Source of the DNA: Eledone cirrhosa
Taxonomy: Eukaryota
Direction: 5' to 3'
Assembly (NCBI GenBank): GCA_964016885.1
Contig: OZ024761.1
Span: 25,358,001-25,422,000 of the forward strand
DNA length: 64,000 nucleotides
Shown here: piece by piece, positions 14,415 to 28,745 of the stretch
How positions within the stretch are numbered: position 1 is the first letter of the stretch
Layout of the letters: each line of letters begins with the position of its first letter
Translations under genes and position numbers: made by a program
Notes under the pieces: model-generated
What the model was told of the DNA's origin: nothing
The model's database searches: none
The model's input: only the letters and a program-made list of their open reading frames with translations

Positions 14415-14898
14415 GATATTAACAAATGGAAACTATATTTATAAAACCATATTTATTTCATTATATATATTTCAAGGATACCAAGTTAAATTATGGTGTG
14501 CTTTCATCAGATAAAATATAATATATACCAGTTTTATAAATAAACATTGACGTACCCTTTCAAAATGCGACCGTTACTTTTGGAAGACATGAGGATAGCG
14601 TTTTTTTCTTTTTTCTTTCCTCTTTTTCTTTATTTATCTCTACCTTTCTTTTCTCCACGTCTCTCTCTCTCCGTCTTTTTACTTATCCTTAACACTACGA
14701 CTTACTAAAATAACAAACCACTATCCTGATGTCTTCCAAAAGTAACGGTCGCATTTTGAAAGGGTACGTCAATGTTTATTTATAAAACTGGTATATATAT
14801 ATGAAGGCATACCATAATTTAACTTGGTATCCTTGAAATATGTATAATGAAGTAATATCGTTTTATAAATATAGTTTCCATTTGTTAATATCGTATAT
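14334..14898. repeat. Nested inverted repeats (Penelope-like)
   Basis: 14334-14370 is inverted to 14412-14450 across a TA tract; 14410-14600 is inverted to 14719-14898. Confidence 0.85.
14456..14515 (-). ncRNA. Minimal type I hammerhead motif
   Basis: tttat-CTGATGA-aagcacacc..ggtatcctt-GAAA-tatata-TA-atgaa: intact core, stem I paired, palindromic stem III, imperfect stem II. Confidence 0.55.
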
Positions 14899-14980
14899 CT
14901 ACTACAAATACTTGTCGAGTCCTTTATATCAGTTATACAAATATTTACTTGTTGTATCCCAACAATTTAAATAGAACTTT

Positions 14981-15028
<48 letters not shown>

Positions 15029-15120
15029 AAAGTTAAACAAGGTTCAATGAATACATTAAATAATGAGTTTTACAATAGATTGGAAGCACTCAACCGTAAA
15101 AAGGTTTTCCAGAGTTATTA

Positions 15121-15381
15121 ATATTAATTCAAAATATTAACAAAATAGATATTCTTGTGATCAATTATAATTTATTATACATATTTTAGAGGTACTGAGT
15201 TAAGTTCAACAGTACGTCCTCACCATGACTGAATCTTAAACATTTACTATGTCAGGGTATGCCATGCATCATCTTATTTCATCTGATAAGGACGTACTGT
15301 TGAACTTAACTCAGTACCTCTGAAATATGTATAATATAATATAATTGATCACAAGAATATCTATTTTGTTAATATTTTGAA

Positions 15382-15388
<7 letters not shown>
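15121..15388. repeat. Inverted repeat of hammerhead-like Penelope fragment
   Basis: ~100-bp arms (15121-15220, 15289-15388); right side reads CTGATAAGGACGTACTG..CAGTACCTCTGAAATATGTATA. Confidence 0.85.
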
Positions 15389-15416
<28 letters not shown>

Positions 15417-15433
15417 TTTCACAGAAACAAAAT

Positions 15434-15736
15434 GGCGTAGGACAGAACAAAGGAGAGGCACAAAAACAAAGAAAAGAATCCCCAGTCACTGAAGAGGTCA
15501 CATAATGTGTGACGAAACAACTTTGACAATATATAAACAACTATCTGGTTGTGGAACCAACCAACCAACCAGAAATTTGTAAATTCCTAAATTTATAAAT
15601 TTATTATAATAAATTGAAGTGAAACATCTGGTGCGTGTGTTTCTTATTGGCAACATGACCCTCCCAAAGTATAACAATATCAGTTTCAACACACGATTTC
15701 AGATAAAGAATCTTGCTAAACAAATTCAGAAACGAA
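15434..15736 (+). mobile_element. ~300-bp hammerhead-bearing Penelope-like repeat, copy 2
   Basis: Reverse complement of 9178-9482; motif gtcaCTGAAGAggtcacataatgtgtgacGAAAcaacTTtgac at 15485-15527. Confidence 0.65.
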
Positions 15737-15753
15737 ATATATATATAGATACA

Positions 15754-15951
15754 TGAGAGTTGGATGAAAAGTTCATAGGCTGACCAAGATACTCTCATGG
15801 AATGACCAAGTGAGGTATATATTTCAACATAATCGCTGCAAAGAAATAACGCAGTTATTAATAAGAGGTGTTGAAATATATGCTAGCAGGATTTCACAGC
15901 TCTAGCATCATTTCTTCAGAATCAGCCTATTACCTTTTCAACCTAGGCTTT
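15754..15951. mobile_element. Mariner-derived MITE, decayed
   Basis: Left tgagagttggatgaaaagttcataggctga, right tcagcctattaccttttca; same family as 36941-37151. Confidence 0.6.
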
Positions 15952-16057
15952 TACTCAACAGAAGGTACACACAAATATATACACATATATGCATAAATAT
16001 AGTACTGCACATACACAGAAACATGCACATTCACACATACAGAAATACGATAAACTC

Positions 16058-16282
16058 TCTCCCTCTCTCCATCTCTTATACACACGAAAACGCAGCAACA
16101 AACACACAAACGGATAAATTCATACACACACACTCGGAAAATAGATAGAAATACGTGATCTGACTTTCCCTCTCTCCATCTCTTATACACACACGAAAAT
16201 GCAGCAACAAACACACAAACGGATAAATTCATACACACACACACACTCGGTAAATAGATAGAAATACGTGATCTGACTTTCT
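16058..16282. repeat. Two-copy ~110-bp tandem duplication
   Basis: ctctctccatctcttatacacac..atagatagaaatacgtgatctgacttt is repeated. Confidence 0.85.
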
Positions 16283-16968
16283 CGCACGCTTATACTCACA
16301 CACAGAGAATCATCTAAACACATAAAATATACAGAGTCAGGCACGATGCTCAAACTCACACGCAAACAAGAAAGCACGCTTAAATGCAAATACATTTTCA
16401 CCCTTCCTTTCACTGTAACACACACACACAGCCTTGCACATATATTAACATACAAAGAAATAGACATACGTACGTACGTATGTATTGAGGCGTCAAGTAT
16501 GAAATTTGTTTTTCTTTCACCACATTTCTACAAATTTCATACTTAACGACCTAATATATAGGCTGAGCTGAGGTTAAGCTCAGTATGAGAGGAGAGCCTT
16601 TGAACATTGTAAATCAAGTGAAACAGGGCGTAAAACTATATATTATGTGATTTCTTCAGTGGGAACACAAGGGGACACATGTAAGACATCAAGACGAAAA
16701 TAGGGGATGGACGTAAGACAAGACACATGTGAATATATATAATATAATATATAAATGGAGGGATTAATGGCGGTTATATAGTCAACTTAACAGCTGGAGA
16801 TAAGTATGTATATTATACACTAATGTTAGTCAGGGACCCGAGTCATGTTCCTATATTTAAATGAAGTTATAATAATAAAGTGCGGGGTGTAGGCGCGTAG
16901 AAACCTATTGATATTTTAAAATAGATATATGTATATATAAATAAATGTATATATATATATGTATATAC

Positions 16969-17029
<61 letters not shown>

Positions 17030-17030
<1 letters not shown>

Positions 17031-17758
17031 CTGTATACATATAAAATTAAGCATGTGTGCGTGTGTGTTTGTATTACCTATAGGGGCCTAAATCTTACGA
17101 CCGATTTTCATGAAACTCTACAGGCTCATAGATTAGTCATCGGAGAGTGATTTCTATATATCTGCGTATCGTTTTGTTTTTATTCCGGGCCGGGGTCATC
17201 CTGCAGATAAAAATCGATTGGGGGGGGGGATCTTTTTTTAGGTATCAAAAAATAAGGTTTTTGGCTCCAGCTCCAACATTTTGCTACCAATTTCGTTCAA
17301 ATTTTAAAGCAAAAGAGGATTTATCATTGCACAGCCTGTAATGGCGTTATATTTTGTATTTGTTGTTCAGGGGCAGCGTGGTATCCGCTTAAATATTCAA
17401 AAATACCACTTTTAGACTCAAATTTACACTTTTTTGGCTCTATCTCCCACATTAATCAACCTACTTTGTTCAAATTTTACACACGCTAGATCTGATTATT
17501 TCACGTCTTAATGTCGCTTTACATTTTGGATTTTCTTTCAGGAACGGCGTGGCAGCCGTTTAAATATTCGAAAATACCACATTTTCGCTCAAATTTCCGC
17601 TTTTTCGGCTCTATCTCCCACATATTTCAACCGATTTCGTTCAAATTCGACCCCCCCCCGCATGCACCGTAGTCAGTCCCCCGCCTTTCTCAGTGATAGA
17701 GGTCATCACCACCTTACCCCGCATGGCCTATCCAGGCAACGCTGGGTACTGCTGCTAG
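17030..17758 (+). mobile_element. Non-autonomous Helitron
   Basis: A|TC start, subterminal GC-rich hairpin-like ccaggcaacgctggg, CTAG|T end, no TSD, internal ~175-bp duplication. Confidence 0.75.
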
Positions 17759-17937
17759 TATATAATTAAATTAATAAAATTTATATTTTAATTTTTAAAA
17801 ACATTACAAAGTTATCTGATATTGTGGATATATATAAAGGAACGATCGATTTTCGTCAAATAGGACCGAGGAAACAATGTTTCCGTTGGTCTTTCCAATT
17901 GCTATTACTATCCATCGGTCGCAACTCCAGGTAGAAG

Positions 17938-18060
17938 GAGCAACATGAAATAAAATGTTTTGCTCAAGGACATAACGCCCGCCTGGTCCAGGAATCGAAC
18001 TCCCAACCTCACGATTGCGAATCCAATAGTAAGGTTGTGAGTTCGATTCTGGACCAGGCG
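17938..18060 (-). mobile_element. Fragment of a second tRNA-derived SINE with a small inverted copy
   Basis: Minus strand gagttcgattcctggaccaggcgggcgttatgtccttgagcaaaac; related to 57572-57840. Confidence 0.6.
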
Positions 18061-18994
18061 ATATATATAAAATCGATCGAGTTTCCTCAAATCGGACCGA
18101 GGAAACAATGTTTCCGTTGATATTTCCAATTGCTAATACTATCTATCGGTCGCAACTCCAGGTAGAAGGAGCAACGCCAGGTCCCGGAATCGAATCAACA
18201 ACCTCACAATTGCGGATCCAGTTCTCTAACCAGTCAGGGACACACCTTGACTAAGATTTGTAAAATAAAATTTACGTTTGTATTTCAATCTACTTAGAAC
18301 GATATATATATATTGCCACATAACTTGGTAAATGAAAATAAAATATATTAGATAATTGAAATCATAAAAAAATATTAATTAAAATATAAATTTTGTTAAT
18401 TATATTTTTATGAAATATTATTTAGATTTCTAACGACTTAATAACCAATACTAAAATAAGAGAATATCCTTTAGATATTCTGTTAAAATAACTCAATATT
18501 AATTTTTTAATAAATATAAATTAATGACCCGTTACAAGCCTATGATATTCATTCTGTAATATCCGATATGGAAATCTATATATTTAACGTCAGAAATTCG
18601 TTTGAAAATTAATTAAAATTAATTAAGCGATTATTTTTTTTTATCATATTTTTAATGAAAGACACCTTTCCTTAGACTTTTAAATAATTTTGTAAATAAT
18701 CAAAAATTGGAACAGATTGAGTTTGAGTAAAATAACTTCCTTTGATATTATTTAGCAGCTGTTTCGAACATAACAAATGCTCCCGCATTAACATTTTATG
18801 CAGGATTTTATAGATAAAGAAGATTTTTTAGAGCAGATTCTATATTGTACATTCATGTGGTTAGGAAACAAAAGAGTTAAGGGCAATGTACACTTCTAAA
18901 CAACTCACCTTATCGATAGTGTCTGTAGTTTCATTTCATGGGTTACAATTTATCACGAAATTCTATACCGCCTTACATTTAACTATTAATGACG

Positions 18995-20144
18995 ATAATA
19001 TATATATATAATAATATATATATATATATATTATTATTATATATATATAATAATATATATATATAATAATAATATATATATAATAATAATATATATATAA
19101 TAATAATATATATATATTATAATATATGTATAATAATATATATATAATAATAATATATATATATAATAATAATATATATATATTATAATATATATGTATA
19201 ATAATAATATATATATATAATAATAAATATATATTATAATATATATGTATAATAATAATATATATATATTATAATATATATGTATAATAATAATATATAT
19301 ATAATAATAATATATATATATAATAATAATATATATATAATAATAATATATATATATAATAATAATATATATAATAATAATATATATATAATAATATATA
19401 TATATTATAATATATATATATAATAATAATATATATAATATATATATATATATTATAATAATATATATATATTATATATATATAATATATATATTATAAT
19501 AATATAGGTATATTATATATATATAATTGTTTCTACTTTAGGCACAAGGCCAGCAATTACCCAGTGCATTGCTGGTACTTTATTTTATCGACCCCGTAAG
19601 GATGAAAGGCAAAGTCAACCTCGGCGGGATTTGAACTCATATATATATATATATATATATAATATATATAATATATATATATATCTAATATATATATATA
19701 TAAATTATATATATATTTTTTATATATATAATATATATATATATATTATTTTTATATATTATATATATATTTTATATATATATAATATATATATATATAT
19801 TATATATATATTTTTTATATATATAATATATATATATATATTATATATATATATTATATATATATTTTATATATATATAATATATATATATATTATATAT
19901 ATATTTTATATATATATAATATATATATATATATTATATATATATTATATATATATTTTATATATATATAATATATATATATATATTATATATATATATT
20001 ATATATATATATTATATATATATAATATATATATATATATTATATATATATATTATATATATATTTTATATATATATAATATATATATTATATATATATA
20101 ATATATATATATATATATTATATATATATATTATATATATATAT

Positions 20145-20176
<32 letters not shown>

Positions 20177-21606
20177 ATACATTATATATATATATTATAT
20201 ATATATATATTATATATATATATACATTATATATATATATTATATATATATATACATTATATATATATATTATATATATATATACATTATATATATATTA
20301 TATATATATATACATTATATATATATAATATATATATATATATTATATATATATATATATATTATATATATATATATTATATATATATATTATTTATATA
20401 TATATTATATATATATATTATTTATATATATTATATATATATATTATATATATATATTATATATATATATTATATATATATATTATATATATATAATATA
20501 TATATATAATATATATATATATTATATATATATATAATATATATATATATTATATATATATATAATATATATATATATATATTATATATATATATATTAT
20601 ATATATATATTATATATATATATTATATATATATATAATATATATATATATATATTATATATATATATATTATATATATATTATATATATATATTATATA
20701 TATATATACATTATATATATATATTATATATATATATTATATATATATATATATTATATATATATATTATATATATATAATATATATATATATATTATAT
20801 ATATATATTATATATATATAATATATATATATATATTATATATATATATTATATATATATATTATATATATATATTATATATATATATTATATATATATA
20901 TTATATATATATATTATATATATATATTATATATATATTTTATATATATATAATATATATATATATTATATATATATATTATATATATATATTATATATA
21001 TATTTTATATATATATAATATATATATATATATTATATATATATATTATATATATATATTATATATATATATTATATATATATATAATATATATATATTA
21101 TATATATATATTATATATATATATATATTATATATATATATTATATATATATATTATATATATATATTATATATATATATATATTATATATATATATTAT
21201 ATATATATAATATATATATATAATATATAAATATAATATAATATATATATATAATATATATATATATTATATATATATATATATAATATATATATATATT
21301 ATATATATATATTATATATATATATTATATTATATATATTATATATATATAATATATACTATATAATATATAAATATAATATAATATATATATATAATAT
21401 ATATATATATTATATATATTATATATATAATATATATAATATATATATATATTATATATATATATTATATATATAATATATATAATATATATAATATATA
21501 TATATATTATATATATATATTATATTATATTTATATATTATATATATATATTATATATATATAATATATATATATAATATATATATATAATATATATATA
21601 TAATAT

Positions 21607-21652
<46 letters not shown>

Positions 21653-22058
21653 AAATATATAATATATATATATAAATATATATATATATTATATATAATA
21701 TATATATAATATATATAATATATATATATATTATATATATATATTATATTATATTATATATTATATATATATATTATATTATATAATATATATATATAAT
21801 ATATATATATAATATATATATATAATATATATATATAATATATATATATATATATAATATATATATATATTATATATATATATTATATTATATTTATATA
21901 TTATATATATATATTATATATATATAATATATATATATAATATATATATATATATAATATATATATATAATATATATATATAATATATATATATAATATA
22001 TATATATATATAATATATATATATAATATATATATTATATATATATATATATTATATA

Positions 22059-22129
<71 letters not shown>

Positions 22130-22286
22130 TATATATATAATATATATATATAATATATAAATATAATATAATATATATATATAATATATATATATATTAT
22201 ATATATATATATATAATATATATATATATTATATATATATATATATATTATATATATTATATATATATATTATATATATATAATAT
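18995..22286. repeat. Almost pure A/T microsatellite, with a SINE A 3' half at 19523-19639
   Basis: TA/TAA/TATT repeats nearly devoid of G and C. Confidence 0.95.
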
Positions 22287-22486
22287 NNNNNNNNNNNNNN
22301 NNNNNNNNNNNNNNNNNNNNNNNNNNNNNNNNNNNNNNNNNNNNNNNNNNNNNNNNNNNNNNNNNNNNNNNNNNNNNNNNNNNNNNNNNNNNNNNNNNNN
22401 NNNNNNNNNNNNNNNNNNNNNNNNNNNNNNNNNNNNNNNNNNNNNNNNNNNNNNNNNNNNNNNNNNNNNNNNNNNNNNNNNNNNNN
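22287..22486. other. Assembly gap (200 N)
   Basis: Run of N. Confidence 1.
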
Positions 22487-22664
22487 ATATATATATATAT
22501 ATATATAAATATATGTATATATATATATATAAATATATGTATATCTACATACATGTATATATATATATATAAATATATGTATATCTACATACATGTATAT
22601 ATATGTATATATGTATGTATATCTACATACATGTATATATATATATACACATGTCTGTGTGTTT

Positions 22665-22702
<38 letters not shown>

Positions 22703-22834
22703 CAATGTATTTTTAGATGTATTATTTCACAAGGAAATCAATACGCTCACAAATATACATATAAATATATATATATAAATAGAGAGAGAGAGAGCGAGAG
22801 AGAGAGAGAGAGAGAGATATACACATGGATACAG

Positions 22835-22899
<65 letters not shown>

Positions 22900-23223
22900 A
22901 GAACCATGATCCCTATAGAGAGTTGTGACGAATCGTCTCCAACTCTCCGAATAAATCTATTATAAGTGAGGTTATTTATAGAGAATATAATATCATTCCC
23001 TACTTTTACTCTTCAAAGACAACCGCCACAACAACTACAACATAAACTACACAGACATCGCTAGTAATAATGGCTACGGCACTCCACCCATTCCACTCTT
23101 TCTACATATATGTATGTATATATATATATATATATATATGTATAAATATATGTATGTACATACATACATATACATACATTACATATATATATATATATAG
23201 ACCCCACAACTAACCGTGGTTGT

Positions 23224-23266
<43 letters not shown>

Positions 23267-23449
23267 TAACCACGGTTAGATGTGGGGTCTATATATATAT
23301 AAGTAATGCATATGTATGTATGTACATACATATATTTATACATTTATATATATATATATATATATTTGTATAAATATATGTATGTACATACATACATATC
23401 CATTATATATATATATATACATATATTTGTATAAATATATGTATGTACT

Positions 23450-23480
<31 letters not shown>

Positions 23481-23516
23481 GTATATATATATGTATGTAC
23501 ATACATTCATATACAT

Positions 23517-23547
<31 letters not shown>

Positions 23548-23565
23548 ATAAATATATGTATGTAA

Positions 23566-23603
<38 letters not shown>

Positions 23604-23918
23604 AACATTTCTTTCACAAAAAATTAAAAAAAGTTTAATTAATTTTTTTTTTTTTTAATCGGAAAATAATTTTCAATGCAATGTGGAGGTAATTAATGGA
23701 TGAATGAAGGTAAAAGTTAATTACTTAAACGTTAATAAATATTGAATTTCGCCAAAGCGAGATTTATAATAGAGAAAGAAATATATAAGGATAAACCACG
23801 TGACGTTTACGTCGACCGGAGGGTTAGTTGCCCGAGGCCATGTTTTATAGAAAAGTGCAAATATTACTTTACTGCTTTTGTTCATATTTAGATATATTCT
23901 AAGGAACTAAACATAAAG

Positions 23919-24339
23919 GATTCGATCGACTTTCGTCAAATCGGACCGAGGAAACAATGTTTCCATTGGTCTTTCCAATTGCTAATACTATCTGTCAGTC
24001 GCAACTCCATGTAGAAGGTGGGTTGCCGGTTTAGACAACGATGAACCGAAAATGCGACTGGTTGTAGTGGGTTTTAATGCTCTCAGTAGACCTCAAGAGT
24101 GACCTGACCTCCATACATAAGCATCCATATTCGATCGACTTTCGTCAAATCGGACCGAGGAAACAATGTTTCCATTCGTCTTTCCAATTGCTAATATTGT
24201 CTATCAGTCGCAACTCCAGGTAGAAGGTGGGTTGCCGGTTTAGTCAACGATGAGCCGAAAATGCGACTGGTTGTAGTGGGTTTTAATGCTCGCAGTAGAC
24301 CTCAAGAGTGACCTGACCTCCATACATAAGCATCCATAT
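23919..24339 (+). repeat. Two tandem 210-bp units; 5' part also at 17843 and 18073
   Basis: attcgatcgactttcgtcaaatcggaccgagg..cataagcatccat at 23919 and 24129. Confidence 0.9.
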
Positions 24340-24466
24340 GCATGAAGGAAAAATCAAGCATTACCGCAGGGAAACGGAAATCACGATGTTCCGAACATCA
24401 GCCGAAGACTCCAAAAACCAGGCCATAGCTTTCACTAATCACTGAAAAGAATGAAGTATGTATAAA

Positions 24467-24812
24467 TAATTGTTTCTACTTTTTCGCACAAGGCCAGCAA
24501 ATAACCAGTGCATTACTGGTACTTTATTTTATTGACACCCGTAAGGATGAAAGGCAAAGCTAACCTCAGCGGGATTTGAACTCGGACCATAAAGGGCCGT
24601 AACTCGTTATTGCAATGCATGGCGTCCAATCCTCTACCGATACTGCCAGCCAGTCCAGGCAAAAAGCCTGTAATTTTGGTGGGAGGAGTAAGTCGATGAA
24701 ATCTACCCCAGTACATTACTGGTGCTTTGATTATCGACACACATGTATATATACATAATTGTTTCTACTTTTGGCACAAAGCCAGCAATTAACCAGTGTA
24801 TTACTGGTTCTT
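24467..24812 (-). mobile_element. Stacked SINE A/B copies and fragments
   Basis: Near-full SINE A at 24467-24649 followed by two 3' fragments. Confidence 0.8.
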
Positions 24813-24884
24813 TATACATATATAATATATATATAAATGAAAAGTATAGAAATTATTGTAGCGAGAAGCTAACAGTATTCCATA

Positions 24885-24907
24885 ATATGTATATATAATA
24901 TATATAT

Positions 24908-24938
<31 letters not shown>

Positions 24939-25010
24939 ATATATATATATAGAAATATAATATATATATATATATAATATATATATATAGAAATATAATA
25001 TATATATTAT

Positions 25011-25056
<46 letters not shown>

Positions 25057-25424
25057 ATATTATATATATATATTATATATATATATATTATATATATATA
25101 TATTATATATATATATAATATATATATATATATTATATATATATATATTATATATATTATATATAATATATTATATATATTATATATAATATATATATAT
25201 ATATTATATATAATATATATATATATATTATATATATATATATTATATATATTATATATAATATATTATATATATATATATTATATATAATATATATATA
25301 TATATTATATATATATATATAATATATATATATTATATATATATATATTATATATATATATAATATATATATATATATTATATATAATATATTATATATA
25401 TATATATTATATATAATATATATA

Positions 25425-25464
<40 letters not shown>

Positions 25465-26116
25465 TATATATATTATATATATATTATATATATATAATAT
25501 ATATATATATTATATATATATTATATATATATATAATATATATATATATTATATATATATATATTATATATATATAATATATATATATATATTATATATA
25601 TATATTATATATATATATATTATATATATATATATTATATATATATATATATTATATATATATATATTATATATATATATATATATAATATATATATATA
25701 TAATATATATATATATTATATATATATATAATATATATATATAATATATATATATATTATATATATATATAATATATATATATATTATATATATATATAT
25801 ATTATATATATATAATATATATATATATTATATATATATATTACATATAATATATATATATAATATATATATAATATATATATATATTATATATATATAT
25901 TACATATAATATATATATATAATATATATTATATATATATATTACATATAATATATATATATATAATATATATTATATATATATATATTATATATATATA
26001 TTACATATAATATATATATATATAATATATATATATATATATTATATATATATATTATACATATAATATATATATATATTATATATATATATATATTATA
26101 CATATATATATATACA
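24885..26116. repeat. A/T microsatellite
   Basis: Direct inspection. Confidence 0.95.
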
Positions 26117-26298
26117 TAATCGTTTCTACTTTTGGTACAAGGCCAGCAATTATCCCAGTGTATTGCTGGTACTTTATTTTATCGACCTCGTAAGGCTGAA
26201 AGGCAAAGTTAGCCTCGGCGGGATTTGAACGCAGACCATAAACTCATTGTAACTCGTTGTTGCAAAGTATGGCTTCCGACCCTCTACCGATCATGCCA
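26117..26298 (-). mobile_element. SINE family A
   Basis: Tail, body and B box match. Confidence 0.85.
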
Positions 26299-26739
26299 AG
26301 TTATTACACAAAACATTGTCAGATACAGCGTGAATATGATTTCACAAGCTTGTATGTATAGGGCGTATACGGATGTACAATTATATAGGCAATATATATA
26401 TAAACAAAGTTGTATACAGTGGAATTCGGTAAACAAATCTATACAGTATTATTGGAAATTAAATTATTATGAACAAACAGGAAATGTTGATGTAAGATAT
26501 TGATAAATATAATCAGTGTATGTGTGACTTACCTCATATACAGACGGACACACATATATATTTATGTATACACACACAGATACATATATATACATACACA
26601 CATACATATATATATATATACATACATATATATATATACACACATATATATATTATATATATATATATATATATGTATAGATATGTGTGTATAAATGGGT
26701 GCTGTGTACTTAAATATATGTACTCACTCGTACATATAC

Positions 26740-27002
<263 letters not shown>

Positions 27003-27295
27003 TATCTGTATATATATATATATGTATATCTGTATATATATATATATGTATATCTGTATATATATATATATGTATATCTGTATATATATATATGTATATC
27101 TGTATATATATATATATATATACAGTATATATATATATATATACAGTATATATATATATATATACAGTATATATATATATATATATATATACATATATAT
27201 GCACAGACACGTATGTATGTGTGCACACGCGTCTCATTTAACAGGGCGCGTTGCATATCTACACACACATATAATTATCGACGAATGCATACAAG

Positions 27296-27328
<33 letters not shown>

Positions 27329-27367
27329 AAACAAACATTTATAAGTTTATGCACCCACACAGTATTA

Positions 27368-27407
<40 letters not shown>

Positions 27408-27646
27408 TACATGTATGCTATACACCCTTTTGAATAATACAAGACAACAAAAGCCCTATGTCACATTATCGTTTGAAGCGATTTGCTAAAGTTTCAATTG
27501 ACTTTGTGAAGAAATTCTCGTATGAAAGAGTTGAAAAAGATTTAACATCCGTTTGAAGGAATAATACCATATAATTATCTCTTTCCTTATAAGGAAATCA
27601 AATATTAAGTTGCGATAAATAAATAAATAATGAAATTAGGAAATAA

Positions 27647-27710
<64 letters not shown>

Positions 27711-27713
<3 letters not shown>

Positions 27714-27723
27714 AGAGAAAATG

Positions 27724-27764
<41 letters not shown>

Positions 27765-27817
27765 AGAGAAAATTAAGGTATATATATATATATATATATA
27801 TATAAACAGAGAAAATG

Positions 27818-27854
<37 letters not shown>

Positions 27855-27864
27855 AGAGAAAATG

Positions 27865-27915
<51 letters not shown>

Positions 27916-27925
27916 AGAGAAAATG

Positions 27926-27930
<5 letters not shown>
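27711..27930. repeat. Five copies of AAACAGAGAAAAT(G/T)AAGG separated by variable (TA)n
   Basis: Copies near 27711, 27761, 27804, 27851 and 27912. Confidence 0.9.
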
Positions 27931-27966
<36 letters not shown>

Positions 27967-28080
27967 TATATATATATATATATATATGGAACAACAAATA
28001 TATGCCGCTATTGGTTTCATAACAATCTTAAATAATAAATTATAATAATAATAATTATTATTATTTTTATAATATTGATG

Positions 28081-28112
<32 letters not shown>

Positions 28113-28137
28113 GGTGGTAGTAGTAGTGTCAATATAA

Positions 28138-28745
28138 ATAATTGTTTCTACTTTTGGCACAAGGCCAGCAATGACCCAGTACATTACTGGTACTTTATTT
28201 TTTATCGACCTTGTAAGGATGACAGGCAAAGTTTAACCTCGGCGGGATTTGAACTCAGAATGGCAAGGGCCGTAACTCTATACGTCAAAGCATGGCGTCC
28301 GACCCCCTATCGATACTGCGAATCCACCGCCGCGGCGGGACTTGAACTCATACCATAAAGGGACGTAACTCTGAGCTGCAATGCATGGCCTCCCACCCTC
28401 TACCAATACTGCCAGTCCAGGCACAAAGCCTGTAATTTTGGTGGGAGGGGTAAGTCGATTAAACCGACCCCAGTACATTACTGGTGCTTTTATTCTCGAC
28501 CCTGTAAGTATGAAAAGCAAAGCTAACCTCTGTGGGATTATTATTATTATTGAGTTGGAGGCAATGCTTTGTTGTATAGAGTTACGGCCCTTTATGTTTT
28601 GAGTTCAAATCCCGCCGAGATTAACTTTGTCTTTCATCGTTCCAGGATCTATAAGATAAAATACCAGTCACGCTCTGGGGTCGATTTAATTGACTTTCCC
28701 CTCCCCCAAAATTGCTGGCCTTGTGTCTATAAAAGAAACCATTAA
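28138..28745. mobile_element. SINE cluster: minus-strand A and B pieces, then a plus-strand B copy at ~28560-28745
   Basis: Shared head, body and tail; the B form has an extra ggggtcgatttaattgac..cccccaaa segment. Confidence 0.8.

Noticed and set aside
23919-24339. HDV-like, twister or hammerhead ribozyme
   Set aside because: Required core nucleotides and pseudoknot order could not be matched.
27711-27930. Repeat-spacer array resembling CRISPR
   Set aside because: Spacers are only (TA)n.
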